64,000 bases of DNA from Planctomycetota bacterium (GTDB taxonomy: Bacteria > Planctomycetota > SZUA-567 > H5-PLA8): NCBI GenBank assembly GCA_038227875.1, contig JBBRPR010000017.1, forward strand, positions 64,001 through 128,000, given 5' to 3'. Positions 20,202-31,109 of this stretch are shown here, piece after piece. The notes under the pieces were generated by a model. The model was not told the origin of the DNA. It ran no database searches and was given only the letters and a program-made list of their open reading frames with translations. The position numbers and the translations under genes are program-made. The first letter of the stretch is position 1; each line of letters opens with the position of its first letter.

Positions 20202-22634
20202 TCAGTCCGCGGTGCGGACGATGACGTGGCTGAGCGCGCAGGCGGCTTCGCGGGTGCGGAAGGTGAGCGTGCCTTTCAGCGCTGAAAGGCCGGCGACCTG
20301 GAGCGTCTGGGTTTTGCCGCCGACGGTGACGTTCAGTGTGTCGCCTTGGATCGCCACGTCGACGTGCGTCGCGGCGGGCTTCCACGCTTTGTCTTGGACG
20401 TTGGCCGCGTCGCCGATGTTGCTGTGCAGGGTCAATCCGCCGGCGTTGAAAATGGCGCTGACGGCGTGCTGCTCGTCGGGTCCGAATTCCACGGCGAAGA
20501 GAAAATTGTTCTGGGGCGCGGTCAGTTCGAAATCGAAACCGATGCGCAGATTCTTGCCGAGGATCGGGCCGCCCACGGCGTCGGCGCGGAGCGCAGTGTC
20601 GCCGCCTTCGGGGCTTTCCTGAACGTACTTGCCGTTCTGGATCGACCAGCTTCCCGAGAGCGCGTCCCAGTCGCTCTGATGCTGCCACTTGCTGAAGTCC
20701 CAGGCGTGGAGATTGCGCATTTCAAAAACGCTGCCGGCGATCGCGGCGGCGGCGGTCGCCTGGCCGGGGTCCTGCAGCGCGGCGTCGAGTTCCTTGCGCG
20801 CGGCGTCCTTGCGGTCCAGCGCCAGCCAGAGGTAGGCCTGGTCGAGATGCCGGCCGCCGAGGTCGAGGCTGTCGAGCAGCTTGGCGAAATCGGTGGGGTC
20901 GATGTTCTTCAGCGAAACCATCAGTACGCCGCTGCTCATTTTCAGGTCCAGCGTCACGCCGCGGACTTTGGCGAGCACGCCTTCGAGCTTCTTGGAGACC
21001 ATATTGAAGACCGGCTCTTTGCCGCTGTCGGCGCGCTTCTGGCGCACGGCTTCCATCTTCTCCAGCAGCGTGTCGGCCATGATCGCTTCCAGCTGCATCG
21101 AGGCGATGACGGCGGCCCACTTGGTGCCGCCGAGTTCATCCAGGGCGCGGCCGAGCGTATCGGCGGCTTCGCGGAGCTTGCCGGCGTGCATTTCGCTCTG
21201 CGCCTGCGTCTGGTATTCGGAGAACTTCGGCTCGGTTTCAATGTCGATGTTGGAGAGGATCTCGCGCGCCTGCTGGCCGTACTTTCCGGACGGATCGGCG
21301 GCGATCAAGCGCGTGCAGCGCTGGGTGGCGACGTTGTATTTCTTGTCCGACGCGGCGCGTTTGGCGCCATCGAGAATGGGCTGCAGCGCGGCGTCGATCA
21401 GCGCCAGCGTGTCCTTCCATTCCTGACGCGCTTTCTTGCCGACTTCGCCTTCCGGATGGGCGGCGGCGAAGGACTGAATTCCCGAGCGCGCGCCAGGATA
21501 GTTACCGGCGGCCAGAGCCTTGTCCCGGTCGGCGAGCGCTTTGGTGAGCAGATCCTGGACGGCCGGATCGGGGGTTTTGGGCGTTGTCTGCGTCTGCGTG
21601 GCCGGAACTGTGGGCACGTCCGGCGGCAAACTCGGTGGAGTGGGCGGAATGTTTGTCTGTTGCGTGTTCGTCTGTTGCGTGTTCGCTGGCGCGATGGGCG
21701 GTAGCACGGCCGGTCCAGGATCGCTGGTCTGAGTGCCGGGTAATGGCGGGGGCATGTCCGTTGGATTTTTTGAGGAATCGCCGGGACTTACCAATCCTAC
21801 TTTGTGGGCCAGTTTCCAATCGCGTTCATACGAGACGACGGCGTACACCGTGATGATGAAGATGACGAGCGCCGCGATGCGGATGCCGGTGCCGATCATC
21901 TTGTTGAACTGGCGCTGCTCGGCGGCTTCGCGGCGGAGGCGGGCGGTCTTGTTGGCCTCCGTCTCGACTTCGCCATCCTCGTGTTCTTCGTGATCTTCCT
22001 CGTGCTGTTCGTCGTGCGCGTCTTCATGAGCCTCTTCGTCGTGCTCGGGTTCCGGTTCGGCGGCGACAGCGGCCTTGCGCTTGGAGACGCGCGGTTCTTC
22101 AGCGACCGCGGCCGGCGAAGCGGCGCGGCGCTTGGATTCGGTGGACTTCTCCAGGCGCGCGGACTTGGCGGGCTTTTCCGCCTTCTCCACCTTTTCGAGC
22201 GTCTCCGGTGTATCGGCTCTCTTCTTCTTCTCGATGCGTATGGTATTCGGCGAGGCTGGAGCCGGTTCGTCGGGGAGGACGATCTCCTCGTCGTCCTCGT
22301 CTTCGTCATCGACGGCCGGCAATTCCATGGTCCGGTCGAGGTGTTTCTCCTCGTCCTGGAAAACGATTTTGGTTTTGCCAATCTTGATCGTGTCGCCGTC
22401 CCTCAGGACGTAGAGCGCTTTGATCCTGTGGCCGTTGACTCGGGTGCCGTTGGAACTGCCCAAGTCTTCGAGCGTGACGCGGCCTTTTTCGGGTTTGACT
22501 TTGCAGTGTGTGCGGGAGGCTTTGTCTTCGTTGACGCGGATGTCGTTTTCTTTGTTGCGGCCAATGACCATTTCTTTCGTAATCGGGAATTCCGCCTGGA
22601 CGCCATCAGCAGAGGTGACTACGAATTTGACCAT
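20202..22634 (-). CDS. FHA-domain membrane protein (FHA, charged linker, TM, Pro/Thr linker, TPR-like helices, C-terminal beta-sandwich)
   Basis: IGR..NDI...SRTH..DLGSSNGTRVNG FHA signature; TM IAALVIFIITVYAVV. Confidence 0.85.
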   Translation of the reverse strand: MVKFVVTSADGVQAEFPITKEMVIGRNKENDIRVNEDKASRTHCKVKPEKGRVTLEDLGSSNGTRVNGHRIKALYVLRDGDTIKIGKTKIVFQDEEKHLDRTMELPAVDDEDEDDEEIVLPDEPAPASPNTIRIEKKKRADTPETLEKVEKAEKPAKSARLEKSTESKRRAASPAAVAEEPRVSKRKAAVAAEPEPEHDEEAHEDAHDEQHEEDHEEHEDGEVETEANKTARLRREAAEQRQFNKMIGTGIRIAALVIFIITVYAVVSYERDWKLAHKVGLVSPGDSSKNPTDMPPPLPGTQTSDPGPAVLPPIAPANTQQTNTQQTNIPPTPPSLPPDVPTVPATQTQTTPKTPDPAVQDLLTKALADRDKALAAGNYPGARSGIQSFAAAHPEGEVGKKARQEWKDTLALIDAALQPILDGAKRAASDKKYNVATQRCTRLIAADPSGKYGQQAREILSNIDIETEPKFSEYQTQAQSEMHAGKLREAADTLGRALDELGGTKWAAVIASMQLEAIMADTLLEKMEAVRQKRADSGKEPVFNMVSKKLEGVLAKVRGVTLDLKMSSGVLMVSLKNIDPTDFAKLLDSLDLGGRHLDQAYLWLALDRKDAARKELDAALQDPGQATAAAAIAGSVFEMRNLHAWDFSKWQHQSDWDALSGSWSIQNGKYVQESPEGGDTALRADAVGGPILGKNLRIGFDFELTAPQNNFLFAVEFGPDEQHAVSAIFNAGGLTLHSNIGDAANVQDKAWKPAATHVDVAIQGDTLNVTVGGKTQTLQVAGLSALKGTLTFRTREAACALSHVIVRTAD

Positions 22635-22816
22635 GGTGAAAGGGAGCCCTTTTGTGAATGTCAGACATGACTGTAAAAGAGGATGAGGAATTTGCAATTT
22701 TGAATTTGCTTCATTGGTGCGATCCCATGCGAGCTGTGCCATTTAAGTTGCGCAGGTGCACGGCTGCGCATAACGTTTGTAACAGTGAGGTGACGTTGCC
22801 CGCGGGGAGAACTCAG

Positions 22817-23641
22817 TTGAAATTGCGTCTATTTTGTCTTTTACCGCTATTCGTTTCATTGGTGCTGAGCGCGGCTGACACTGCGCCGGGTCAGGATGCT
22901 CCGAAAACGGAGACGGCCGCGACGACTTCCAGCGAGACGCAGGCCGTTCCGGCGGACGCGGCCAGCGCACTCAAGCCGACTGAATTCAAGGACACTGACG
23001 CGGGTTACGTGGTGACGATTCCGGCGGGATACTCCCGGCTGTCCGACGATCGCGTGCGCATGGCGTTCAAAGGCGCCAGCAGTTACCTGGGCAAGGATGT
23101 CAGCGAGCGGGCGCTGGTGAAGCCGCCGGCTTGCTTTCAGGGTCCGGTCGATCCACTTCATCCAAAAACATTGCCGCCAGGATTGGCGATTGGTTTTTCG
23201 GCGCTCTCGGCACCCGTCGACCCGGCGCAGATGAGCAAATACAAAGAAGACTACGAACAGGAATTGAAGAAGTCCGGCGAAAGCGCGGGCGATGTTTTCG
23301 TGGACGTGGTGAGCGTTAATGGCATTCCCTCGCTGCGCATCGAACACGATATTTTCAGCCCGATCGACAACACGCGCAGCAGGATGATTAAGTTGTCCGT
23401 GCCGGGACAGCAGCGACGCTACGACATTGTGTTCAGCTTTTTCAATGACCAGGCGCCGCAGGTAAAGGACGCGATGGACGTGGTGATGAAATCGTTCGCC
23501 ACCACAGAGATCGCCGATCCCAACGCGGGCCGTTGGATGCGCGTGGCGCTGTGGACCGTGGGAGGACTGGTGGCCGGCGTGTTGCTCGGCGCCTTGCTGG
23601 GCGCATTGGCCGGAAAAAAGACGACGCCCGCCAACGCGTGA
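22817..23641 (+). CDS. Hypothetical exported protein with C-terminal membrane anchor
   Basis: Signal peptide after TTG 22817 (GGGGAG RBS); C-terminal TM followed by KK. Confidence 0.65.
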   Translation: MKLRLFCLLPLFVSLVLSAADTAPGQDAPKTETAATTSSETQAVPADAASALKPTEFKDTDAGYVVTIPAGYSRLSDDRVRMAFKGASSYLGKDVSERALVKPPACFQGPVDPLHPKTLPPGLAIGFSALSAPVDPAQMSKYKEDYEQELKKSGESAGDVFVDVVSVNGIPSLRIEHDIFSPIDNTRSRMIKLSVPGQQRRYDIVFSFFNDQAPQVKDAMDVVMKSFATTEIADPNAGRWMRVALWTVGGLVAGVLLGALLGALAGKKTTPANA

Positions 23642-23652
23642 GCAAAGCAACC

Positions 23653-24546
23653 ATGCCGACTTTGCCGCGGATGATGATGCCGGAACTCTCGCATCCCACC
23701 GGATTCGGAATGGCGGTGTACCCCGCCGGCGCGGAATTCGGCCCGCGCGTGATGCGTGATTACGAATTCGTCTGGCTGATCGAAGGCGACGCCGAATACC
23801 GTTGGGGCAGCACGACCGTCGCCGCGCCGGAAGGCTCAATCGTGCTCTGCCGCCCGGGCGCGACCGATGCCTTCCGCTGGGATCCGGTGAAGCGGACCCG
23901 GCATGGCTTCTATCATTTTCAAATCACAGCGCTGCCCCCGGATTTCCCACCGGAAAACACGTGGCCGCTGGTGCGCGTCCCGGAAGAAGGCGACACCTTG
24001 CGCCCGCTCTTCAGTCATCTGCTGGCCTGGGTGGGGCAGGGAAACGCGTTGCTGACGCGTCTGACGATGGCGCACATGCTCACGGCCTTTGTCTCCGGCG
24101 AAACGAGCACCGGCGAAATTCCGCGGGACGCGCTGCATCAGGCGGTGCAGCGCGCCTGGACGTTCATCGATGAAACGCTGGAAGAGGACCCCGGCGCGCG
24201 GATCACGCTGGGCGACATGGCCAAGGCGGCGTGCGTGACGCCGGAACATCTCTGCCGCTTGTTCAAAGCGGCTACAGGGCGATCACCGGTGGAGACGCTG
24301 CGGCTGGCGCGGCTGGACCGCGCGGCGCTGCTATTGGCGAGGAGCAACTACGGCGTGGGCGAGATCGCGCATCAATGCGGCTTCGCCAACCCGTTCCATT
24401 TTTCGCGGCAGTTCAAAAGCGCGTACGGACAGTCGCCGCGACAGATGCGCGACGCGATCAAAGCCGGCGCAGTGCCGCCGATCTCGAGGTTAGTGCAGCT
24501 GTTTCAGAACCGGGAAGGCGCGCGGAAACTGGGACGGGTGCGGTAA
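23653..24546 (+). CDS. AraC-family transcriptional regulator
   Basis: Cupin GPRVMRDYEFVW; TLGDMAKAACVTPEHLCRLFK; VGEIAHQCGFANPFHFSRQFK. Confidence 0.9.
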   Translation: MPTLPRMMMPELSHPTGFGMAVYPAGAEFGPRVMRDYEFVWLIEGDAEYRWGSTTVAAPEGSIVLCRPGATDAFRWDPVKRTRHGFYHFQITALPPDFPPENTWPLVRVPEEGDTLRPLFSHLLAWVGQGNALLTRLTMAHMLTAFVSGETSTGEIPRDALHQAVQRAWTFIDETLEEDPGARITLGDMAKAACVTPEHLCRLFKAATGRSPVETLRLARLDRAALLLARSNYGVGEIAHQCGFANPFHFSRQFKSAYGQSPRQMRDAIKAGAVPPISRLVQLFQNREGARKLGRVR

Positions 24547-24550
24547 CAGG

Positions 24551-24572
24551 AATTCGCGCATCCGTGGCACCA
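24551..24572. repeat. Solitary end of the REPIN-like element found at 40451 and 47566
   Basis: aattcgcgcatccgtggcacca matches the terminal repeat of those elements. Confidence 0.75.
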
Positions 24573-24583
24573 CGGCTCAATTG

Positions 24584-24724
24584 CTATTTCTTCTTCGGCG
24601 GATTTTGTTTGGCTTTGTTCAGGCGATCGATCGTCCGCTTGCGGCGCTGCATGGCGGAGATCTTGGATTGCTTGGCGTGTTCGCTCTCACCTGAAAACAA
24701 CATCAGCAATAATCGGATCAGCAT
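24584..24724 (-). CDS. Possible 46-aa small basic protein with hydrophobic N-terminus
   Basis: MLIRLLLMLFSG..RRKRTIDRLNKAKQNPPKKK; AAAGGGA RBS-like sequence; fills an otherwise empty gap. Confidence 0.4.
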   Translation of the reverse strand: MLIRLLLMLFSGESEHAKQSKISAMQRRKRTIDRLNKAKQNPPKKK

Positions 24725-24870
24725 TCTGTATCCCTTTATAGCTCGTGTACAAATAGCCAATGATGTAAACGAGGGCCGATGATACTTGGCAGTGGCCGTC
24801 AATCAATATATGTCTTTGCTCTTTTATCCAGCGCTCCCGTTTCTTGCACCGCCGCCATTCGCCTGCGGAA

Positions 24871-24908
24871 TGGAAAATGGGAAATCGAAAATGGAAACTG
24901 GAAAATGG
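24871..24908. repeat. Heptamer tandem repeat (TGGAAAA)n
   Basis: tggaaaa tgggaaa tcgaaaa tggaaac tggaaaa tgg. Confidence 0.8.
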
Positions 24909-24964
24909 CAGTCCCACTTTTCTACTTCACAGCGTAGCACAAATCATCATACTGTGACGCCATC

Positions 24965-25858
24965 ATGCTTCAACAACGGTTGCTCGCCGGATCCATCATG
25001 ATCGCGGCACTTATCGGTGTACTCTGCCTCGACTACTACGTCTTGCACGACAGCCAACTACTGCACGTCCTGTTTCTAGGCGGGGTGTGCATGAGCATGC
25101 TCGAGTTCTGGAAAATGTGCCGCGCCACAGGGCATCAGACCTTCTCGGTCTGGGGGACGTTCTGCGGCTGCGCTCTGGTGGCGGTTCATTACGTCTGTGT
25201 GCATCAACCTCAAGACAATGCACAAGCGCAGCAGTTCTCGGCGAATCTTTTCAACGGCTCGATCGCACTGGCGATTCTTGGCGCGTTCATTCTCGCGGCC
25301 AAGCGGCATCAGTTCGAAGCTTCGCTCGGCGCGCTGGCGGTGACCTGCCTGGGGCTGCTCTATATCTTTTTCTTACCATCTTTCGTCCTGACGCTCCGCC
25401 ATTTAAGCCCATCGGGGCTGGTGGGCGGGGAAGGCTGGCGGGAATTCGGTCATAAGATGGTTGTAGCGACGATAGTTCTGGCCAAAGGATGCGACGTTTG
25501 GGCGTTTCTTATTGGGAAAATGTTAGGGAAACACAAAGCATTTCCTCAACTCTCCCCCGGAAAAACCATTGAGGGCCTTGCGGCAGGCCTGATCGGCAGT
25601 GTCCTCACGGCACTGTTCTTACATTGGGCACCGATCGGAATTCTGACTCACTTCAGTATTACAAAGACTTGCGTGATCGGATTTTGCATCGGTTTTGCGG
25701 GCATCATGGGCGACCTGTCCGAGAGTCTCCTGAAACGAAGTGCAGGGGCCAAGGACGCAGGCATGGTGATCCCCGGTTTCGGGGGTGCCATGGACGTCGT
25801 CGACAGCTTAATGGTAGCCGGACCCGTTGCCTATTTCCTAATTCAGGCTATGCTATAG
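24965..25858 (+). CDS. cdsA: Phosphatidate cytidylyltransferase
   Basis: Multi-TM; SPGKTIEG, GDLSESLLKRSAGAKDAG..IPGFGGAMDVVDS. Confidence 0.93.
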   Translation: MLQQRLLAGSIMIAALIGVLCLDYYVLHDSQLLHVLFLGGVCMSMLEFWKMCRATGHQTFSVWGTFCGCALVAVHYVCVHQPQDNAQAQQFSANLFNGSIALAILGAFILAAKRHQFEASLGALAVTCLGLLYIFFLPSFVLTLRHLSPSGLVGGEGWREFGHKMVVATIVLAKGCDVWAFLIGKMLGKHKAFPQLSPGKTIEGLAAGLIGSVLTALFLHWAPIGILTHFSITKTCVIGFCIGFAGIMGDLSESLLKRSAGAKDAGMVIPGFGGAMDVVDSLMVAGPVAYFLIQAML

Positions 25859-25949
25859 GGGTCGTTTTCAGCTGTTGGCTGTGGGCTCTTCAGGAGCGTA
25901 GCCAATGTGTTGCGCTCCTCTTGCTATTGGAAGCCCAGAGTCAGGACTG

Positions 25950-27020
25950 ATGCGAAAGACCATTGAACTCGAAGATCAGGAGACGACTCGCACTCTGCTG
26001 GGCGTCGGCGACTGCAACCTCCGGCGCGTCAAAGAAGCCTTGGGCGTCGATATCTTCGCACGCAACGAGATGCTCCATCTTGAGGGCACCGACGACTCGG
26101 TGGACCGCGGTGTCCGGGCGTTTTTAGGGATGCTCCGCATCATCCGCAAGAGCCAGCATTTGGAATCCCGCGATGTGGACCGCATTCTTGATTCGGTCAC
26201 CGGGGAGGACGATACGCCCGATCCCAGCCACATGAACCACAATCAGCACCACAACCAGAATCGACACGGCCGCCATGCGCGTTCGCACGGTCCGCAGGAT
26301 CCCCATTACGGAACTCAAGGGCAGAACGTGACGCAGGAAGCGCATGCGCCGTCGGGCAATCAGGAAGAACGCGCCCTGGCCGGCCGCGTTCGCGCGATGA
26401 CGACCGGGCAGGAGAAGTACCTCGCGGCGATCAAGAAGCACGACATTGTCTTCGCCATCGGTCCGGCGGGCTCGGGCAAGACTTATCTGGCCGTGGCCAG
26501 TGCGATTGAAGCTCTGTCGCGCAATGAAGTGAACCGCATCGTCCTCGTCCGCCCGGCCGTCGAAGCCGGCGAGCGCCTGGGCTTTCTGCCGGGCGATCTG
26601 GCGGAGAAGGTCAATCCCTACCTGCGCCCGCTGTATGATGCGCTTCACGACATGCTCAACCCGAATCAGGTCGCGCGCTACATCGAGCGGGGCGTGATCG
26701 AAATCGCGCCGCTGGCGTTCATGCGCGGCCGAACCTTGAACAATGCTTTTGTGATCCTCGACGAAGCACAGAACACCACGCCCAAGCAGATGAAGATGTT
26801 CCTGACGCGCCTGGGCCGCGACGCGCGCGCGGTGGTGACTGGCGACGTGACACAGGTCGACTTGCCCGATGGCGATCTCTCCGGGCTGGCGCACGCGCGG
26901 GAAGTGCTGCGCGCGGTGGACGGCGTGGAGTTTGTGAAGCTCGACCGGCAGGACATTGTCCGCCACCCGCTGGTACAGCGCATCGTCGACGCCTATGACG
27001 AAAGTGAAGGCTTGAATTGA
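25950..27020 (+). CDS. phoH: PhoH-family ATPase (YbeZ-like)
   Basis: [54 protein letters not shown]. Confidence 0.95.
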   Translation: MRKTIELEDQETTRTLLGVGDCNLRRVKEALGVDIFARNEMLHLEGTDDSVDRGVRAFLGMLRIIRKSQHLESRDVDRILDSVTGEDDTPDPSHMNHNQHHNQNRHGRHARSHGPQDPHYGTQGQNVTQEAHAPSGNQEERALAGRVRAMTTGQEKYLAAIKKHDIVFAIGPAGSGKTYLAVASAIEALSRNEVNRIVLVRPAVEAGERLGFLPGDLAEKVNPYLRPLYDALHDMLNPNQVARYIERGVIEIAPLAFMRGRTLNNAFVILDEAQNTTPKQMKMFLTRLGRDARAVVTGDVTQVDLPDGDLSGLAHAREVLRAVDGVEFVKLDRQDIVRHPLVQRIVDAYDESEGLN

Positions 27021-29497
27021 AACGCGGTACGGCCAAGAAGCTGCGCGACCGCGACGATCACAATCGCAGCGCGGCGTTCACCGAAGAGAGCATCGGCCCG
27101 CTGGGCGTGATCTTCTCGTTGATCCTGATCGCAATGACTGTGGCGATCCTGGACTACGGCGTGCCGCCGCCGCCCCACGCGCTGAATTCCCGCGCTGATA
27201 ACGATGTCAAAGCGCGCCTGGATTTCCGCTACAACGATCCCGACGAGCTCAACCGACTGCGTGACGAAGCCATTCAGCGCGCGCCGCGTGTTTATGTGGA
27301 AGACCCGGCGTGGGTTGATAACACGCTGCACCCCTTAAGTGAGTTGATGTCGATCGTCGATGTTGCCAGCAGCGCCGCCGACGCGCGCGAACGCGCCAAC
27401 CGCTTTCCGTCCGATCTCGCACTGATCGAAGAACTTTACAAGTACAACGAAGAGCACGGCGCGCACCGCAAGAGCTTCCTGGCCAGTACCCTTCTGGAGT
27501 ACATCCGCTCGCGCTTGAAATCGATCTCCGAAACCGGCGTGCTGACTGACGAGAATCTGAAATTCGAACGCAACAAGCAGGGCGAACTGCGCGAGATCAT
27601 TCGTCTGACGCCGTCCGCGGCAAAAGCCGGTCCCGCGCCTTTGCCGCGCGCCAATGAGCCGCGCCCGCGCATCCTCGTGGAGCAGCTCCGCGACATTCAA
27701 TCCGCGCGCGAAACGCTGGAAAACGGCGCCTGGCGCAGCGGCTTGCCTGGCGATTTGAAATTCCAGCTCTCGAATTATTTCTCCAGCAAGCTCACCGCCA
27801 ACCTGCAGCTCGATGAAACGCAGACCGACTTTGAACGTGAACGGGCGCGCGATTCGGTGGGCAGCGGCGAGATTCTCGTCCACCGCAACGATTCGATTTT
27901 GGTCAAAGGCCAGACAATCACCAAGTCGAAGTTCGACAAGCTTCATGAAGAGTACCGCGCGTACAAACAGAGTCTGCCGTTGAGCGACCGGATCCGTCAC
28001 ATCACGGGTTTGGCGACGCTGGCGTTTGGCGTGTTGATGTGCTTCCTCTTCGCCGCCAGCCGCTTGCAGGAGTACGTTTTCAAGCGGCGCCAGGCGCTGG
28101 TGATGCTGGGCCTGCTCTCGATGTCGATCCTGCTCATCACCAAGCTTTACCTGCTGGCGGGCTTGAGCATTGCCCTCGCGCCGCTGGTGTTTCTGGGCAT
28201 GGTCGCGTCGATTGCTTTCGGCCAATCCATTGCAGTATTGACGCTCTTTGGCGTCACCGTGCTTATTATGTTCTCGGGCATCGTGTGGGAAGCGTCGCCG
28301 ATTGAAGTGGGCGTGCCGGCGCTGCCGCTGGCGATGCTCGTCGGCGCCATCGCGGCCGCGCTGCCCGCGCAGAGCTTGCAGGACCGCTGGGATCTGTTGC
28401 GCTACGGCGCGGTCGGCGGCGTGGTGCAGTTTGTGCTCACCGCCGGACTTTCGCTGCTGGGCACCGGCGTGGGCGTTCCGTCCCTTCCCGATGCGGCCAT
28501 TGTGGGCATCAATGGTCCGATCTGCGGACTGCTCGTGCTGGGTTCACTGCCGCTGATCGAATCTCTCGTCGGCATCCTCACCAACATCCGCCTCTTTGAA
28601 CTCTCCGACATGAATCAGCCCGCGCTGCGCCGCTTGCAGCTCGAAGCCCCCGGCACATTCGCGCACACGCTGCAGGTGCGCTTCCTGGCCGAGCCGGCGT
28701 CCGATGCCATCGGCGCCAATACGCGACTGGTCAGTGCCGGCGTGCTCTATCACGACCTGGGCAAGACGCTTAAGCCGGAGTACTTCGTCGAGAACCAGAT
28801 GGACGCGGAAAATCTGCACCGCCGGTTGCGTCCGTCCGTGAGCGCGCTGTTGATCACCGCGCACGTCAAGGATGGCATCGATCTGGCCAAGGAATACAAG
28901 CTCCCGCAGCAGATCATCGATTTCATTCCCGAACACCACGGCACGACGCTGGTGAGCTACTTCTTCCACACAGCCAAGAAGAGCGCCGAAGCGGAAGCCG
29001 TGGCGACCGGCCACGACAACGGTGCGGCCCAGGCGGTGGAAGAATCGTTCTTCCGCTATCCCGGCCCGCGTCCGCGCAGCCGCGAAACGGGCATCGTCAT
29101 GCTCGCCGACACCGTCGAAGCCGCGTCACGCACGCTCTCAAGCCCCAGCGCCGCGCGTCTGCAGACGTTCGTTCACGAACTGATCATGGACAAGATGCTC
29201 GACAACCAGCTCGACGAATGCGAACTGACGTTCGCCGATCTCTCCGCGATCGAAGACGCCTTCGTGCGCGTGCTGGTGACGCGCTTCCACAGCCGCATCC
29301 GCTACCCGGGCCAGCTGCCGGAAGAGGGCGTGCCGCAGGAAGCGACAGGCAAGACGACGATTATCGAATCCCCGCCGCCCGGCACGATTACGCCCAAGCC
29401 GTCGGTTGTGGAGTCGAGCACACGGAACAAGGCATTGACGGAGACGCGCTTCATGGCGCGAAAAGAAACGGGTAAAGGTTCAGGACGAGAAGCTTAA
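27017..29497 (+). CDS. 7TM-HD membrane phosphohydrolase (PgpH/YqfF-like, putative c-di-AMP phosphodiesterase)
   Basis: Extracellular domain, multi-[53 protein letters not shown]; located between phoH and ybeY. Confidence 0.88.
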   Translation: MKRGTAKKLRDRDDHNRSAAFTEESIGPLGVIFSLILIAMTVAILDYGVPPPPHALNSRADNDVKARLDFRYNDPDELNRLRDEAIQRAPRVYVEDPAWVDNTLHPLSELMSIVDVASSAADARERANRFPSDLALIEELYKYNEEHGAHRKSFLASTLLEYIRSRLKSISETGVLTDENLKFERNKQGELREIIRLTPSAAKAGPAPLPRANEPRPRILVEQLRDIQSARETLENGAWRSGLPGDLKFQLSNYFSSKLTANLQLDETQTDFERERARDSVGSGEILVHRNDSILVKGQTITKSKFDKLHEEYRAYKQSLPLSDRIRHITGLATLAFGVLMCFLFAASRLQEYVFKRRQALVMLGLLSMSILLITKLYLLAGLSIALAPLVFLGMVASIAFGQSIAVLTLFGVTVLIMFSGIVWEASPIEVGVPALPLAMLVGAIAAALPAQSLQDRWDLLRYGAVGGVVQFVLTAGLSLLGTGVGVPSLPDAAIVGINGPICGLLVLGSLPLIESLVGILTNIRLFELSDMNQPALRRLQLEAPGTFAHTLQVRFLAEPASDAIGANTRLVSAGVLYHDLGKTLKPEYFVENQMDAENLHRRLRPSVSALLITAHVKDGIDLAKEYKLPQQIIDFIPEHHGTTLVSYFFHTAKKSAEAEAVATGHDNGAAQAVEESFFRYPGPRPRSRETGIVMLADTVEAASRTLSSPSAARLQTFVHELIMDKMLDNQLDECELTFADLSAIEDAFVRVLVTRFHSRIRYPGQLPEEGVPQEATGKTTIIESPPPGTITPKPSVVESSTRNKALTETRFMARKETGKGSGREA

Positions 29498-29601
29498 AGC
29501 AGACCGATGATTTTAGTTGAGAGTTTTTAGTTCTATCCGCTCAATACCGGCGTAGAACTGGAGCTTGAGACTGAGATCTGTTGTTACGAAGGAAGATCGT
29601 C

Positions 29602-30105
29602 ATGCGAAAAAAGACGACACACCACGCTCTGCCCGGCGACCTGCCGGTGTTCGATGTGATGCTCGTGCGGCGCACCGGCTCGCCGGCGCGGCCGGGCAAG
29701 GACAAACTCGTGGCGCTGTTCGAGCGCACGTGGAAGCTGCTCCCCGCCAGCCGCCGGCCGGATCGCCAGGGCCTCAAGCGCGTGGCCGTCGACGTCCTCG
29801 TGGTCGACGACGCCGAAATCGAAAAGCTCAACGCCGCGCATTTGAAGGAACGCGGACCGACGGACGTGCTTTCGTTTCCGATGGGCGAGACGGATTTTGA
29901 ACGCGACGCGTTCCACCTCGGCGAGATTGTGGTCAGCTACGATACCGCCGCCCGCGAAGCGAAATCCCGCAGCCTGACGCTGGAGAACGAACTGGCGCGC
30001 TACTGCGTCCACGGCTTTTTGCATCTCCTCGGCTACGAAGACGCGACGTCGACGCAGCAGAAGGAGATGTTTGAGATTCAGGAAAAGAGCTTGGCCGCGG
30101 AGTAA
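29602..30105 (+). CDS. ybeY: rRNA maturation endoribonuclease YbeY
   Basis: PTDVLSFP, LGEIVVS, HGFLHLLGYED. Confidence 0.92.
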   Translation: MRKKTTHHALPGDLPVFDVMLVRRTGSPARPGKDKLVALFERTWKLLPASRRPDRQGLKRVAVDVLVVDDAEIEKLNAAHLKERGPTDVLSFPMGETDFERDAFHLGEIVVSYDTAAREAKSRSLTLENELARYCVHGFLHLLGYEDATSTQQKEMFEIQEKSLAAE

Positions 30106-30120
30106 TGGCGGCATCGCGAT

Positions 30121-30209
30121 GTCGCCCCTGCCGGGGCTTATAAATTTCTAAATCTGCTACTACCCACGGCTCACGCCGTGGGCTACTTTATTTCGCCACT
30201 CCGTGGCTT
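30121..30209. repeat. REP-like triple-hairpin intergenic element
   Basis: gcccctgccggggc / cccacggctcacgccgtggg / gccactccgtggc. Confidence 0.7.
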
Positions 30210-30256
30210 ACGGACTACGCCACAGTACGAAATAATGCTGAGAACTCGATGTATCC

Positions 30257-31108
30257 ATGCCAACGCTCAAAGACAACGTCCAAGTTCTCTCCGTGATCGA
30301 GCAAGGCAACACCAGTCTCGTGCTGGTGATGCTGGGCGAACACGTCGGGCAGATTCATGTTCATGCCAAAGGCGGGCGGCGCTGGCCGAAAAAAGGGTTT
30401 GAAGGCGGCATGGATCTGCTGACCCGCGGCGAGATCGTCGTCTATCCCCGCCCCGGCGAGATGCTCTGGCTGCTCAAGGAATGGAACGAGCAGTCGCGCC
30501 CGCGCTTGGGGCGCACCGTGCCGATGCTTTACGCTGCCAGTTTCCTAAGCGAGCTCACGCAAGCGCTGACGCGGTCGACGACGGGGCAGTCGCCGGAACA
30601 TGCGCACGCTCACGGCCACGGCGCGAACGGCGCGGCCAAGCTCTACCATTTGCTGGCCGCTACTACAGACGCCATCGCCGCCGGAGCGTCGCCGGGGCCG
30701 GTGATCCTCGCCTTCACGCTGCGCGCGCTGGAAAGCGAAGGCTTTCTGCCCTCGCTGAAATCCTGCGACGAATGCGGTCGCGATCTTGCCAAATTGTCCA
30801 CGCCTGCCTGGCTGACGCGCGCCGGACTGATCTGCGCGACCTGCGCTCTGGAAGCGACGCGCGCGATGGGCAAGAGCGGCAATCCCGGCAACGACATCGG
30901 CCTGCGGCTCACCCCCGACGTGCTGCGCGCGCTGATCCACATTCACGCCACCGGACTTCCCGTAAGTTTAAGCCCCACCGGTGCCGACCAACTCGCCCGC
31001 GCGCTGGTCGTGCTGATTCACAGCGCGCTGGAACATGACCTGCGCACGCTGCCGGCCGCCGTGCGAATGGTGCGCAGCATGGGCGGGCGGGCGAAGAAGA
31101 AACCGTGA
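30257..31108 (+). CDS. recO: DNA repair protein RecO
   Basis: N-terminal OB fold with HAKGGRR; GFLPSL..CDECG and CATC zinc finger; gene context. Confidence 0.85.
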   Translation: MPTLKDNVQVLSVIEQGNTSLVLVMLGEHVGQIHVHAKGGRRWPKKGFEGGMDLLTRGEIVVYPRPGEMLWLLKEWNEQSRPRLGRTVPMLYAASFLSELTQALTRSTTGQSPEHAHAHGHGANGAAKLYHLLAATTDAIAAGASPGPVILAFTLRALESEGFLPSLKSCDECGRDLAKLSTPAWLTRAGLICATCALEATRAMGKSGNPGNDIGLRLTPDVLRALIHIHATGLPVSLSPTGADQLARALVVLIHSALEHDLRTLPAAVRMVRSMGGRAKKKP

Positions 31109-31109
31109 C

